NCBI GenBank assembly: GCA_964016885.1
Contig: OZ024741.1
Coordinates: 31,062,001-31,126,000 of the forward strand
Reading direction: 5' to 3'
From: Eledone cirrhosa
Lineage: Eukaryota
Length of the DNA stretch: 64,000 bases
Shown in pieces: positions 40,468-54,945 of the stretch (its first letter is position 1; every line of letters begins with the position of its first letter). The notes beneath the pieces were generated by a model. That model did not search any database, was not told where the DNA came from, and saw only the letters and a list, made by a program, of their open reading frames with translations. The position numbers and the translations under genes were made by a program.

Positions 40468-42699
40468 TAGATAGATAGATAGACGCTTTTATCCTTGAAT
40501 TTCCAGTACTTAAGCTAATTTCATTATACGGTGACTGTAGTTTGTTAGCAAAGTCGTATAGTGTAACAAGCAAAGACTTGTTACAAATGTATATATAACT
40601 GACTGAAAGTTGGAACAAGAAAAGCAAAGAAGGATTATACATTGATAAAGAAGGAAATCAAAACAAATATGAAGAGTGCACTGCAAATATAATCGAATGG
40701 AAAATATAACAAGAGTAATAAAATAAAATATACTAGATAAATGAACAAACAGTATTTGACTTTTTACAATGATTTGTATTTGTGATTAGTGTTTAGAATT
40801 TTAAGTTTGTGTATTTCTTTTAACTGAATTCGAAGAACGTTCATATATGAAAAAAATAATTGTGTAAGATTTGTAGGTTTCGTCACCTGTAGTATGTTAT
40901 ATATGTGCATATTCAAGTGAAAGAATTCTTATATCTTATATCATTGGTTCTCAAGTAGATTTTGTTGTACGGTATTTATACGGTACTTCAAAACTTTAAG
41001 GAATTTCTATCTGTATCTTGTGAACAATACCCTCAGCTCTTATGTTATAAATATATTAAATCGAACAAAAGTGCTATGGAAAGAGAATTTATTCACAAAA
41101 AAAAAAATAGAATATATATTTAAACCTTATTTTGCGGAAAGACAACATTTCTTCAGGAAATAGAGGTATTCCTCTGATATACACCTTTTTTTTAACTTGT
41201 CTTTGTAATTTCACAGTAAACATTTATAATGAACTCGCGTTGCTCGTTGTGAAGGAATCGGTGCCATATATTCGAAGCTTGAATATTCTAATCGAAATTT
41301 ACTTCAAGGCGTTTTAATGAGTAATCTAGTTAGTTTTGCCTCTTGAAATATACTAATGAAGACACCACAGAATGAAGAAGATATAAATATCACACATACT
41401 TCGATAGAAAGGTGTTAATGCGAATGATAGTAGCTCTGCGTCAGAACTCGATTACTGTGTGAGTGATAATATGCACATAGTCAATGTGCTAGGTAATATG
41501 GTCAGTGCAGAAACTGATTGTTGAAGCAAATCTTTATGAGATATCTAACAATAGTACACTATAGCGACAAAAATATATTTCTCATAGTATTTTGATTTGT
41601 AAAAATAACATTAGAAATACATAAATAACATAACAAATTGCTCACAATTCAGTGAGAACAATATTACAAATATAATGCCGTTGATAAACACAAATATAAA
41701 CACATATAACAAATACAACCAACCATCGCCACGAAACTCACAAAAACAAAGCACCAAAACACATGACCAGAGTGAGAGAGAGAAAAGAAGGAAAAGAGAT
41801 TAAAAGGGTGGAAGCAATACCAAAAACAAAAATGACCATCAATTCACCACCATGTATGACAATTGGCCGCACATCATAGTTGAATGTCTAACAACTACAA
41901 ATAGAGGAATGGATAATTTTCACACAACACTGTGCTACTGTTTGAATAGTTGTTGTTAGCACTGGTATAGGCTGTGTCAGAAAACATGGCGTGTGGCATC
42001 TTCAAGTCTTTTTGCTTTCTGTTTTCATATGGGCTTAGACATGGCTGTGCATATCTAAAAAAACACTTAGTTATCTATGGCTTTTCAGGTCCTATCCTAT
42101 TACGTGCTGTTCGTGCTTAGCCCGTAGTTAACCTCCAAATTATAAAACATTTGACAAATGACTCTAGACACGACCATACGGTTTCTCTCGTAGTTATTGT
42201 GTGTTTTCTACGATATTATTGTAATATAGGTTACTCATTTTTTAAAGGATGTATTTTCTAATATTTATCTGTCAAGTGAGATATTTATTGTTTTTCCTTT
42301 GGATCTTTTCTGGTGTGTGGATTGTGAATAGAAAAACAGTTGTATTAATCATCTAATATTCCAGTCGCGAGCGGATATTTCGCCTGTTTTCTCGTCTTTC
42401 AGGTGCTCTGGTTAATGAGAAGACGCATCGTTTTACATCTTATCCACTTCTTCATTTTGGTAGACCAATTCACCAATAGGTTGGTTTGGTAAATGGAAAT
42501 CATACGAAACGTTTAGGTATGATAAATTACTCATGATTAATAACATATCATATATATATATATATATATATAAATGAAAATAGAGAAATTAATGTGAGCA
42601 AGAAGCCAACAGTATTTCATAATATTTAAGTGACTATAACGTCAAAATGGAAAATATTTAACGTAAGTAACGTAAGATATGGGGAAAATAATTCAAACT

Positions 42700-43902
42700 C
42701 AATTTTTAAAAATAGTCAAGACAGAAATTTTATCCACAGATTTTGTGAAATCCAGGGAAAACACCAATAGAGTCTTAACTCAGAATAAAATTAAACATAT
42801 ATATATATATATTTACAAATTAAGAAACTCTCAAACGTAGGATAATACCTGTGAAAACAGCTTTCGAGAATCAGGTAAAATTATCCTTATAGACAGAATA
42901 ATTGGCCCACAGCCTCCACAGGAAAGCAAATTATGTCATTGTCTATAGTGGCTGCTGGCCACTGTTTTATTCTATAGGTGTATTTTCGGCGAGTGACTAG
43001 TAACATATTTGCACTCATTTGTACATGCTTAATTCTGTACATACTAGACAATTTTTTGATCTTCGCAATGGTGTTCTTCAAGCGGAAACATCAGCATCAT
43101 ATCTTTTCAGAATCACTCTGGACTATGCCACGAGGGAAGCCGTTTTTCATGAACAAGATCTCAGACTGACATTGTCACAAAGGAAAAGTAAGCAAAGTCC
43201 ACCAACTGTTATATGTGATACAGATATTGCTGATTATATATCTTTCCAATTGAATATGATATGACGAATTCTGTGCAAGTAAAATTGGTCTGCACATAAA
43301 TGTTACCAAGACAGTTCATGTCAGTAAAGATGGAAAACTTGTCATATTGGAAGGCAGACTATTAAATCGAATTGATGATTTAGGGGCAGCTGGAAGAGTT
43401 CATTAAAAAGGACATTGACATTAGATTTTCCAAGGTTTGGGCTGTAACAAACAAAATAGAAAGGATGTGGAAGTCAGATCTATACAGAAACATCAAAATA
43501 TCATTCTAAAGTATATATTTTGAGTCAGTGCTGATGTGTACATAGACCCTGACTCGTGCACCTGTGAAGAACCTAAATGGCGCATATATTAAAATGCTTG
43601 AGATTCGAAAAAACATAAACTGGCGCCAATATATTACAAATGAAAGTATAAACGGAAACTTGCCCTAAATAGCAACCTTACTCGCTCAAACACTATTTTG
43701 ATTTGCATGACATTGCTTGAAGTTATATACAAACTACTATTGTGGGAACTAACTCACGGGGGAGATGCATTAGAGGAAGAACTGCTCGAATATTTACCGA
43801 CCAACTCTCACATGTAAACGATAGTAGGAAGCAGCGGCCAGTAGCAATGGAATATTGGGAATTATGGAGAGACTTTTTCATGAATGTCGCAATGATGATG
43901 AT
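42700..43902 (+). pseudogene. Highly degenerate RTE-like LINE (RT and 3' end)
   Basis: NGVLQAETSASYLFRITLDY..DTDIADYI resembles GVLQGDTLAPYLF..LDY..DFADDI; downstream RGRTARIFTDQL; short (GAT)n tail. Confidence 0.6.
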
Positions 43903-44379
43903 TCATATGATAGAACTTTATAGTATTGCCATGCTTCTGCTTCTTGTTAAGATTTGTTAAAAATACTTGAATTGTTACAATTTATTTTGCTGAACCTGTA
44001 ACATTTAGAGGTGAACATATCTTTCACGTTGTTCTTGTTGAAATTCAGATGCAATCTGTGTTTTTCGAATATCCCCTGGATATTCGAAACCGAGAAAATT
44101 CGTTGCATCCTTTAACAAGTCAAGTATCCAAATTTGTCACATACTCAATCATGTCACCCGCCGGATTCTCAAAAACGCAATTAAATGTCCAGCAAAATAA
44201 ACTACTGAGAGTTTTTTTCTTTAAATTAAAAACACCAATGAAATCGGGAAGAACCACGTAATTAATCAAGTGACAAACAATACCGTCATCTGCATCTCCA
44301 ATAAAGAAGATGCATAGTACGTAACCTCCGCAACACCCTAGTACGCAGTAGATTCTCATCCTCTTCTACGAATCCACCC

Positions 44380-45018
44380 GGCTCTCATTCTTGTTAACTT
44401 CCCCGCTGTAACACCTCTCATGTCTTTTCCAGCCTCATCACTCTCAAAGGCACCAACGGTTCATTACGTATCACCACTCCTTCATCTGCACCTCAACCCA
44501 CGCTGCCTATGCCCTCCGGTGTTCTCTTTGCGTTGTCATTATACGTCAGACAAACGGGACGCTGTTTGGCGGACCGTTTTGCTGAACGTTTGAGGGACAT
44601 ACGACTCGGTATGGGTACTCCCGTGGCCCATCATTTCCTACATGTCACTCTTCCCTACATGTCTCAGTCGTTGGTGACCTTTTACATCACGGATCATAGG
44701 CCTCGCGTACCAAGACTTGACAGAGTCTATTTCCCTCCTTGGCTCCTGTTCCCCTCAGGGACTCAGCCCCCTCCATAATTTATTTGCTATTACATATATA
44801 CGTTCGTGCTTACTTCTCCACCCCTCGCAACCGTCACGTTTACCCCGTCGGTTATCACACAGGCACTTGTATATTCACCCTTAGATTCCTATGGCTCTCT
44901 TGTGGTAAGAAACATATCCACTTACAGCTGATACAGACCAACTAAATACGCCCACACGCCTCTACTTTTCCATTCACAGCTCTGTATATACACACACACA
45001 CACACACAGACACACACA

Positions 45019-45050
<32 letters not shown>

Positions 45051-45530
45051 GACACCCACTTATATTAACATACTTTTTCCCACAGCTTGGTACTTACAAG
45101 CATACACACACACACACTATTTTACTTACTTATACACACATATATCCTCTTAGCTTCGTACGGACTGATAATAACACACACACACGTGCACGTGTATAGC
45201 TCTATATACAAAATATTTTTTTTCATTTCAGGTAGACGCGCTCGATCAACCACTTTTATAAAGAAAAGTATATCATACACAAAACGACAGCATCAACTGT
45301 TTTCCAAGTGATGGCAACATTGATGGACCTATTATTTTTCCCTGAAAATATTATTTTCTGATTCTACCCCGCCCCTCCATTCAATCTTTCTAATGTCTCA
45401 TTCATTCTCTGATAAAGGACTGGTGTCCGAAATGTTAAGACCCTCTTCGTCCTATTACAAGCGTTAACTAATATATTCCTTCCATATACTGTACCGATTG
45501 TGTTGTTATTTCTGTTTAACTTCCATATAC
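44380..45530 (+). mobile_element. Neptune-type PLE 3' fragment (GIY-YIG remnant + pLTR with hammerhead at ~45404-45441)
   Basis: LYVRQTGRCLADRFAERLRDIR..PVAHHF; pLTR homologous to 17300-17560 and 61860-62160. Confidence 0.7.
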
Positions 45531-45796
45531 ATATATATATTCATAATGAGTAGTTTATTCGGGTGGCACGCACATTTCCCAAATGATCAGCTCAAGGTTT
45601 GATCTGTATCAATCGAACTCGACTCTGGAATCAATAGCTCATCGGATTCTTGGTCCGTTAATAAATAAATGAGTCTATTAAAAAGAGTCGGGAAAAGATG
45701 GCTGAGCCCTTGCTGTTTCAACAGCTATTTCCAGATTCTGTTGAATAATGCACTAGTTTCAAACTGGGTCAATCGTGATATATACATATGTATAGG

Positions 45797-45838
45797 TCGG
45801 AACTGAAGATCTGCATAAGGTGAAACAATTGTCCTCGG
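45797..45838 (+). ncRNA. Minimal hammerhead (stem I degenerate)
   Basis: CTGAAGA(45803)-tct gcata aggt-GAAA-C-AATT-G-TC. Confidence 0.55.
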
Positions 45839-46064
45839 TATGGTGAGCTAACTGTTGTGTAACTTCTTCTACCACACTCATCCCATGGACTGAGGACTCT
45901 ACCACTACGGATATTACCTTCTAGTGTTCTACCCCCCCCCCCCTCTCTCTTTCTCTCTCTCTCTCTCTATATATATATATCCAGAGGTTTCAACAAGCTT
46001 AAACATTTTTATAAATGATATAAAGCACTCAACTAGTTAGTGGAGTAAATATACAAGAAAGTAA

Positions 46065-46250
46065 TTGTTTCTACTTTTAGCACAAGACCAGCAAATATCC
46101 CAGTGTATTACTGGTACTCTATTTTATCGACCCCGTAAAGATGAAAGGCAAAGTTAACCTCGGCGGGATTTGAACTCAGTCCGTAAAAGGACGTAACTGT
46201 GCTGCAAAGCATGCGTCCGACCCTCTACCGATACTGCCAATCCACCAATA
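46065..46250 (-). mobile_element. tRNA-derived SINE copy
   Basis: Same family as 21133-21510. Confidence 0.85.
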
Positions 46251-46282
46251 ATAAATGGAAACTGTATTTAAAAAACTATAAT

Positions 46283-46348
46283 TATTTTATTATATATATT
46301 TCAAGAGCGAGCAAGGTAAATTATGGTGCGCTTTCATCAGATAAAATA
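46283..46348 (-). ncRNA. Type I hammerhead, canonical core
   Basis: Minus: TATTTTAT-CTGATGA-AAGcGC..GCtCTT-GAAA-T-ATAT-A-TA-ATAAAATA; 8-bp stem I. Confidence 0.75.
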
Positions 46349-46416
46349 CAGATTTCTTTTTATAAATAAATATTGACATACCCGGAAAAAAGACAACATC
46401 AACCGTTGAAATTCGC

Positions 46417-46447
<31 letters not shown>

Positions 46448-47149
46448 TGAGTTAACATTGAACCCTATATTTGGCTATGTCGATCCTAGCATTTCACTGA
46501 TAACATATCAACAATTCTGGCTCTGTTAAGTTTGATGGATACGAGTAAAAGAGATATGCTGCATCGTTTTAGATTTTGTTATTCACGAGGAATTTCGATG
46601 AATAGAATCGGTAACATTACCCTAATTCATTGTGTTTTTGTTCTTAGTCGTTTAGAGATCTGTTGAACCTCTGCTAATGATAAATTACTTTGAATTCTAG
46701 CCTGAATTTCAATCACCTCATGAATAGTTTCTTTGTAATCGTCAACTCCATAATTTTAACCTTTAAACATGGTCGAAAATATTCGACATTTACGAGTATA
46801 TATGGTACATTGTATCAACAGGGAATGCAAACAGGTATATCATAACCTCTTCAGCTACAGTACTGGCGGGTAATTTCCCGCATTATACTGGTAATCCAAT
46901 TGTTATGGTGATCTCAGCAGCAGAAACGAGAAACTCTCTGATTGTATGGTGCATTACGGACGATAAAGAAACAAAGAATGGAGTGAAAAATTTACGCCGG
47001 CCATTAAACAAAACAGAAAAATTCATAAAAGATTACGACAAAAAATAAATAAGCAAAGAACATACCAGGTAAAATATGCAACAAGGCAACGTAGGAAAAA
47101 ATAAAAAAAGGAAAAATTAAAAAATTTGACTTTCGTCAGAAGAATATGC

Positions 47150-47500
47150 TTGAGATGGGGAGCTGAAGAAAAAGGATCTAATAGCTATGTTAGAGGGAGG
47201 AAAGATCTTAGGTTGGGGCAAAGACTGAAGAGAACGAAGACGGAAGAGCGAAGGTCTACTACCTATTAAGTTTCAGGGACAGAAGACCTTAGATTGGGGC
47301 ACATAAAGAGAGAAAGAAGACAGAAGAGGAGCTGAAGAATAAAGGTCTTCTACGTATTAAGTTAGAGGGACAGAAGACCTTAGATTGGGGCACATACTAG
47401 AGAGAAAGAAGACGGAAGAGCGAAGGTCTACTACCTAAGTTAGAGGGACAGAAGATATTAAGTTGGGGAAAAGACTAGAGAGAAAGAAGACGGAAGAGCG
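47150..47500. repeat. Degenerate purine-rich tandem repeat (~70-90-bp units)
   Basis: Recurring gttagagggacagaagaccttagattggggca and gaagacggaagagcgaaggtctact. Confidence 0.75.
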
Positions 47501-47761
47501 ATTGCAAGAGAACCAAGGAAAATTATAAGAGAGGGAATTAGAAAGAGACACACTGGGAAGGGAAGAGAACGATGTAGAAACAAGAGGGAGGGCCGCATAA
47601 CAATGAAGCAAACATTTATCGAAATTCACGGATGTTAGCGCTGTATATATCTAGAGATTATCAGCAGAAATTGCACACACATACACCTACCCCATTCCCA
47701 TATATATACACATGTTCACACACAAACACACACTTATATATATACGCGTGTGTATGTGGTG

Positions 47762-47867
<106 letters not shown>

Positions 47868-47900
47868 TATATGCGTGTGTCTGTGGTGTGTGTGTATATT

Positions 47901-47931
<31 letters not shown>

Positions 47932-48064
47932 GTGAGGTTTTTTTACAAAATGAAAAATGACCGAGGTGTCCTACACGAGTGAAAGTATAAAGAAAAAAAG
48001 ATGAAATCGAAAATGCTGCTGGAGTCTTATTTTTAAAAAAAGAAATAAATATATTTATTTGGTT

Positions 48065-48101
48065 CCTTTACCGGTTTAGCAGTTCTTCTGCTTTTCAAAA
48101 G
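48065..48101 (-). ncRNA. Degenerate U3-A8 hammerhead in a solo pLTR fragment (~47925-48135)
   Basis: Minus: ctt-TTGAAAA-GCAG aagaa CTGC-tAAA-CCGG-TA-aag. Confidence 0.5.
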
Positions 48102-48150
48102 TAGAAATGAGATGGAGGGTCTGTGGTTTTTCTCACATATATATATATAC

Positions 48151-48216
<66 letters not shown>

Positions 48217-48220
<4 letters not shown>

Positions 48221-48415
48221 TTAATATAGAAATGCTTCTACAGGACTAGAACTGTTTCATTCGGGAGAAATCATCTGGAATAAGCTGATGATTTCTCCCG
48301 AATGAAACAGTTCTAGACCTGTAGAAGCATTTCTATATTAAATATTTATACTCTGCTTTGTATTGACTACATTACTTACTGTGGACCCCACCGATTAAAC
48401 TCGGGATGAACTTAT
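48217..48415 (+). mobile_element. ~130-bp fold-back + tail with a hammerhead core at the apex
   Basis: Inverted arms 48217-48345; right arm CTGATGA(48285)-tTTC tccc GAAt-GAAA-CAG ttctagac CTG-TA-gaagc; non-folded relative at 61184-61232. Confidence 0.8.
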
Positions 48416-48427
48416 ATTATACATATA

Positions 48428-48498
<71 letters not shown>

Positions 48499-49195
48499 CT
48501 CAAATTTCGAAATCACTGCCAACACGGGGGTTACCTCCCTTGGAGAAAACCACGTGTCTATAGCGAAATTTACTGCTAGAACACACCCGCTGACTTGTTG
48601 ACGTAGTAAATCCTTTGCTCTGTCCTCAAAGGCCATTAACTTGCAGACCCCTGCAAACGGAATTAGTCGATCTCAGATTTACAGAAACCTAGCGTGGATG
48701 TTGTATGTTATATGTGATGTATATCGTATGCTATACGATATGCATTATTTATTGCATTCGGTCTCCGCGTGATGGTCCAACTCAGTCAAAAATCTTTTCC
48801 TGAGTCCAGTCTTTTTCGTTGCTATGGCAATGCGGCTGGACTGCCGATCACTATATTTGATTTGCAAAGCTGTCTAAACGTATTGTTATTACTCTAGAGT
48901 AATATTCTCCATCGAGTGGTAAAGCTACATTCCGAATTTGCATTCGTTAGCTTAGCCGCAGCCTAAAGCTTCGTTAATGCTGTACTAAAATTTGTATATA
49001 TATATATTTATATATATGTTTGTGTATAGTGGTAGCTATGGTGCTTCCATAGGCGGTATGCCAAAATAAACAGTCGATATTCATTAGAATCAGCCAGATC
49101 CATACAAGGACCATGACTCGAGCTATCTGCCGGCGAAACATTTGTAACCCGAAATAAACCAAGTCCAGATGCATCACTGATTTTTCGTTTACTTG

Positions 49196-49258
<63 letters not shown>

Positions 49259-49328
49259 CGAAGACTGCTAATATCTATACTTTCCTCGGTAAACCGTAAA
49301 GCTACTGTATCTCCTCATATATATACAT

Positions 49329-49920
<592 letters not shown>

Positions 49921-50133
49921 ATATATATATACACACACACATATATATATATATAATTCAAATCAAATGATATAGAGAAGGAGAGATCCATATATTGTGA
50001 GAAAAACACAGAGGACTTCATACATATAATAGTTTGGGAAAAGTACATTTCCACTATTAATAATGTATGTAATTTTCCCTGAATAATATATGCTTTACAT
50101 ATATGTACAAACTACTAGGTGTTTAACGATACA

Positions 50134-50238
<105 letters not shown>

Positions 50239-50296
50239 CGAAGGAAATGTGGTAAGGAACCAGATGGACCATAACGCACCAAAGTACTCAATACTT

Positions 50297-50510
<214 letters not shown>

Positions 50511-50537
50511 ACATACTTACAGATATACATTATATGG

Positions 50538-50722
50538 GGGATTGGCAGTATCGGTAGAGGGTCGGACGCCATGCTTTGAAGCATACAGTTACCTCCCTTT
50601 ATGATCTGAGTTCAAAATCCGTCGAGGTTAACTTTGCCTTTCATCATTACAGGATCGATAAAATAAAGTACCAGTAATACACTGGGATAATTGCTGGCCT
50701 TGTGCCAAAAGTAGAAACAATT
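50538..50722 (+). mobile_element. tRNA-derived SINE copy
   Basis: A box TGGCAGTATCGG, B-box-like GAGTTCAAAATC, conserved central domain. Confidence 0.85.
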
Positions 50723-51180
50723 ATTTATATATATATATATAACGAAGGAAGAGTGGTAAGGAATCAGGTGGACCATAACGCACCAGAAATAGCCGTCGAA
50801 ACGGATTGAGCTCTGCCGTCGGGGTCTTGAACATTTTCATATATATACATACACAATTTTTACGCATTCATTTCCTACAACATAGTCCTGTCTGTAACCT
50901 TGGCAACTTATACTTCGTGTGTTGCAGTTAATTCATCATTAAGGAAATCTGCTGTTTTTAATCCAAATTCATCTTTGTTGGTTTTCGCCATGTCTATTCC
51001 TTTCTTTCTTTCTTTTATTCTTTCTTGCTTTCTTCCTTCCTTCTTTCCTTCCTTTCTATCTTTATTTAATTATTCGTTTGTTTATATATTTTTGTGTCTC
51101 TGTTTATTCAATTTTTCCAACTAACGAAGCTTGAAGCCAACAGTTCATTATTTGTATGTAGTTCATTTTCACTGTTGTCA

Positions 51181-52169
51181 TCTATATATATAAAACTGTG
51201 GTTGTCTGTCTGTCTATCGATTTTTGGCACACATCTCCTCTTAGAATCTCTCACGGAATTGCACCGAAATTGCTATACTTGTACATTGAGCCCTAGCGAA
51301 GACATCGGAAAAAAAAAAATTTCAAATTGACCCACCCTATGTGACGAAATCGAATATAATGTATCGATTTTTGAGCGTAAGTTATCAGTTATTTCCCTTT
51401 GTTCTGTTTACATTGAGCGTCTTACGTAAAAAGTTACGCTGGCTTTAACAGTTGTCGAGCCAGCAAAATATTGACCTGCAAAATTCATCAGTTCGAACAC
51501 TAAGCTTCCGTTTTGCTTCATTTCCATTTAAAAGCATTTTAAAACAATATTTTTACTTGAAAACAAGTCTATTTAAAGACTACGTAAAACAAGCAAATAT
51601 TTCGTCGTTAGGCGTGCAGACAGACAGTCGTGCAGACAGACAGTCGTGCAGAGAGGTGATATACGCGTGCAGACAGACAGTCGTGCAGAGAGGTGATATA
51701 GGCGTGCAGACAGACAGTCGTGCAGAGAGGTGATATAGGCGTGCAGACAGATAGTCGTGCAGAGAGGTGATATAGGCGTGCAGACAGACAGTCGTGCAGA
51801 GAGGTGATATAGGCGTGCAGACAGACAGTCGTGCAGAGAGGTGATATAGGCGTGCAGACAGACATGACTGATAATTTGGTTACGCTAATGTTTTTCTCTG
51901 CGTTGCAGTGTTTACATTTTCGATCTTTGTTAATAAATAACCAGTGCAGTTTCTATCCCCAGCATTCTCTTTTGTTATAACATTCGGGTTATCGTTATGT
52001 TTTCTTAACTTCATAAGGCATATTGTTGGTTGAGGGAATATTAATCAAAAACACCACATGCAAGTCTGCACAGTAGACACTACAGTTTTTAAGCCAAGAA
52101 AGAAACTTAACATTGTAACTTTAACACAGCTACTGAGCGACCCCGAGCAACGCCGGGCTTTACTGCTAG
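51181..52169 (+). mobile_element. Non-autonomous Helitron
   Basis: Inserted between A and T; 5' TCTATATATATAAAA + (GTCT)n; 3' CCCGagcaacgcCGGG hairpin followed by CTAG. Confidence 0.85.
51609..51863. repeat. 37-bp minisatellite inside the Helitron
   Basis: Unit ggcgtgcagacagacagtcgtgcagagaggtgatata, ~6 copies. Confidence 0.95.
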
Positions 52170-52184
52170 TATTAATATATAACA

Positions 52185-52970
52185 ATTTCTAACTTATGCA
52201 CAAGGTCAACAATTTGGTGGAAGGGAAAATGAATTAAATTTACCAAGTATTTCACTGGTACTTCATATTATCGACTCAGAAAGGAAGCATTTGCGCGAAA
52301 CTCTACAGATTATTTGCCTGGACTGCCCTATAATAATTGTTTCTATTTTTGGCACAAGTACAGCAATTACCCCAGTGCATTACTGGTACTTTATTTTATC
52401 GACCCCGTAAGGATGAAAGGCAAAGTTAACCTCGGTGGGATTTGAACTCAGAATGGAAATGGCCGTAACTCTATGCGTCAAAGCATGGTTTCCGACCTCT
52501 ACCGATACTGCCAATCAACCCATAATGGTTTCAGATTTAGGCACAAAGCCAACAATTTTCGGGGTGGGCAAAGTCGATTAAATTGGCCCCAGTGCGTTAC
52601 TGGTACTTTATTTTTCGACCCGTTAATGATGGAATGGAAAGCTAACCTCAGCGTAACTTCATCTCAGAAGGTATAGGAAGGTAACAATTTGTTTTGATCC
52701 TCACGTGGTCGATAAAATAAAACACCAGCAATGCACTGAGGATCGATTTAATAGACTTTTCCTTTCTTAAAATTGCGGGCTTTGTGCCTATAATAGAAAT
52801 CATTATTGTTGCTATTCGGTGGATTGGAAGCATCGGTAGAGTGTTACGGCCCATTCTCAGTTCAAATCCCGCCGAGGTTAACTTTGCCTTTCACCCTTAC
52901 GGTGTCGATAAAATAAAGCACCAGTAATTCACTGGGGACTTGCCGGCCTTGTGCCAAAAGTAGAAACATG
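52185..52970. mobile_element. Cluster of ~5 full or partial SINE copies in both orientations
   Basis: Best copies at 52338-52520 (-) and 52817-52968 (+). Confidence 0.8.
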
Positions 52971-52974
52971 TATT

Positions 52975-53072
52975 ATCATCATCACCATCCTCATCATCAC
53001 CATCATCACCATCATCCTCATCATCATCCTCACAAATCTCATCATCATCATCATCATCGTCGTCGTCGTCAT
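52975..53072. repeat. (CAT)n-type microsatellite
   Basis: Directly visible. Confidence 0.9.
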
Positions 53073-53346
53073 TGTTGTCTTGGAGAATCATTAGTGTATC
53101 GGACAAAATGACTGCTGAAATTAAGGAAACATTCAAGTACTTCGGTCGACACACTTATTTATGTCAAACGCTCAAAGTTGAGGCTTTTTTTATTAGGTAT
53201 CAATACTTCACCTATGATTTCCCAGCACTACGGAAGGTTGTTTGTTAACCTAAAGCCCCTCTCCGTTGAAACCAGAGAACAAGTTTCTGCTGTTATATAG
53301 ATTGTTCTATTCTTCATGTTTTATAGCTGTTTTGGATATTTACAGT

Positions 53347-53480
53347 GAAGGCGTGTGGCTGAGTGGTTAGAGATTTGGAATCACAATCTTGAGGTTGTGA
53401 GTTCGATTCATGGACTGGGCGATGCGTTATGTCCTTGAGAAAGACACTTTATTTCATGTTGCTCATTCTACCTGGAGTTG
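53347..53480 (+). mobile_element. Second tRNA-derived SINE family with a CORE-like domain
   Basis: A box TGGCTGAGTGG, B box GAGTTCGATTC, then gtccttgagaaagacactt; other copies at 58195-58467 (-) and 62884-63032 (+). Confidence 0.75.
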
Positions 53481-53829
53481 CGACGGATAGATAGTATTAG
53501 CAACAGGAAAGACCGACGAAAACAACATTTCACTTCATATTTATATGCAACATTTCAATTCATATTTTATCAGATATATTTTTAGTTCAACAGTACATAT
53601 CTTATAGTAGTTTTCTAATAGCAGGTTTTAACCAACACTGATCTTTATAAACAAACAAATTATTTCGTGTCGGGTCTTGAATTGTTATTCGTTACACATT
53701 TTCTATCTAGACTTTCTATGCTAAAAAAAATGTATTTGTGAATAGAACTGTAAATAAATAACTAGAGTATTGAGGTCTTTCCACTATCTTGTAGCGTTTT
53801 TGATTCATTTTGATATGAATCTAATGCGT

Positions 53830-54326
53830 TTAAATACATAAAACCATTCACCGTAAAGCTTCTTGTGAGTTGGACTTTGTCATTATAGAAGCGGCCAGCA
53901 TGGAGTTCCTCCGAGGGTCTTTGGAGTAACTTTACTCAATAGAATGCGGAGCTCGGAAATCAGAGAATCAATCCAGGTAGAGCTGCTTCTTCTCCATATT
54001 GAGAGTTCACATCTCCAAACCAATGGGCATGTAGCTAGAATATCTCAGAAAAGAATCCCTGGAGAGATTTTATGAGCAAAAACTAGAAGCAGAAGACCGA
54101 GTGGTAGACCGTGAGCTTGGCTGGTCTCGCTTGGACATCCGGCCGGATTAGTTGGAGATGGTTGCCAGGACCGGCTGAAGGAGTGTTTGAGGAAACTGCC
54201 TTCACGACCCTCTCAGAAGAAGAAGCAGAAGAAGAAGAAGAAGAAGAAGAAGAAGAAGAAGAAGAAGAAGAAGAAGAAGAAGAAGAAGAAGAAGAAGAAG
54301 AAGAAGAAGAAGAAGAAGAAGAAGAA
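53830..54326 (+). pseudogene. RTE-like LINE 3' remnant with (GAA)n tail
   Basis: ..GHVARISQKRIPGEIL..RSRRPSGRP.. followed by ~110 bp of (GAA)n. Confidence 0.55.
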
Positions 54327-54729
54327 GGAGGAGGAGGAGAGGTATTCGTAAGTGTATCTGTTGTTCATCTGCTTTCCTTTATCTTCGCGACTTTGATAAG
54401 ATTTGCTAATTTTATAACACATCCCCTCTTTAATGTTACCTTGTGACAGTCTTATAATACGAATGTCACGCCAATTACCTGAGTAGATACTTCAACCACT
54501 ACAATCTTCTGTTCATTTGATTCTCAATTCCAGCATACATTTTCCAGTTGTACATATAAAAAGCCAGATCACATTTATGTGTAGGTGTGTATATGTATAT
54601 ATATGTGTGGGTATGCGTGTATGGACGTATATATGTATATGTATACATGTAATTTCATCTGCAATCATTCATCATAGTGTAAAGATTGAAACATAATAGC
54701 TAGGTTAATATTAAATAGAGTAAAAGGCC

Positions 54730-54945
54730 GTTGGATTGGCAGTATCAGTGGAGCATCAGGTAGCATTCTTTGCAGCATAGTGTTATGGGCCTTTATATTC
54801 TGAGTTCAATTTCCGCCGAGATTAGCTTTGCGCCGAGACATCCTTACGTGGTCGATAAAATAAGGTACCAGTAATGCACTTGGGTCGATTTAATCGACTT
54901 TCCTACCCCTTAAAATTACTGGTCTTTTGTCTAAAGTAGAAACAT
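54730..54945 (+). mobile_element. tRNA-derived SINE copy
   Basis: Same family as 50538-50722. Confidence 0.8.

Noticed and set aside
46853-47048. Short plus-strand open frame (..VLAGNFPHYTGNPIVMVIS..)
   Set aside because: No recognisable homology or supporting exon context; length is compatible with chance.
51609-51863. 37-bp repeat with CRISPR-like length
   Set aside because: Head-to-tail with no unique spacers, no cas genes, eukaryotic context.
53347-53420. tRNA gene candidate
   Set aside because: A/B boxes are present but it continues into a SINE body with multiple diverged copies; no clean cloverleaf.
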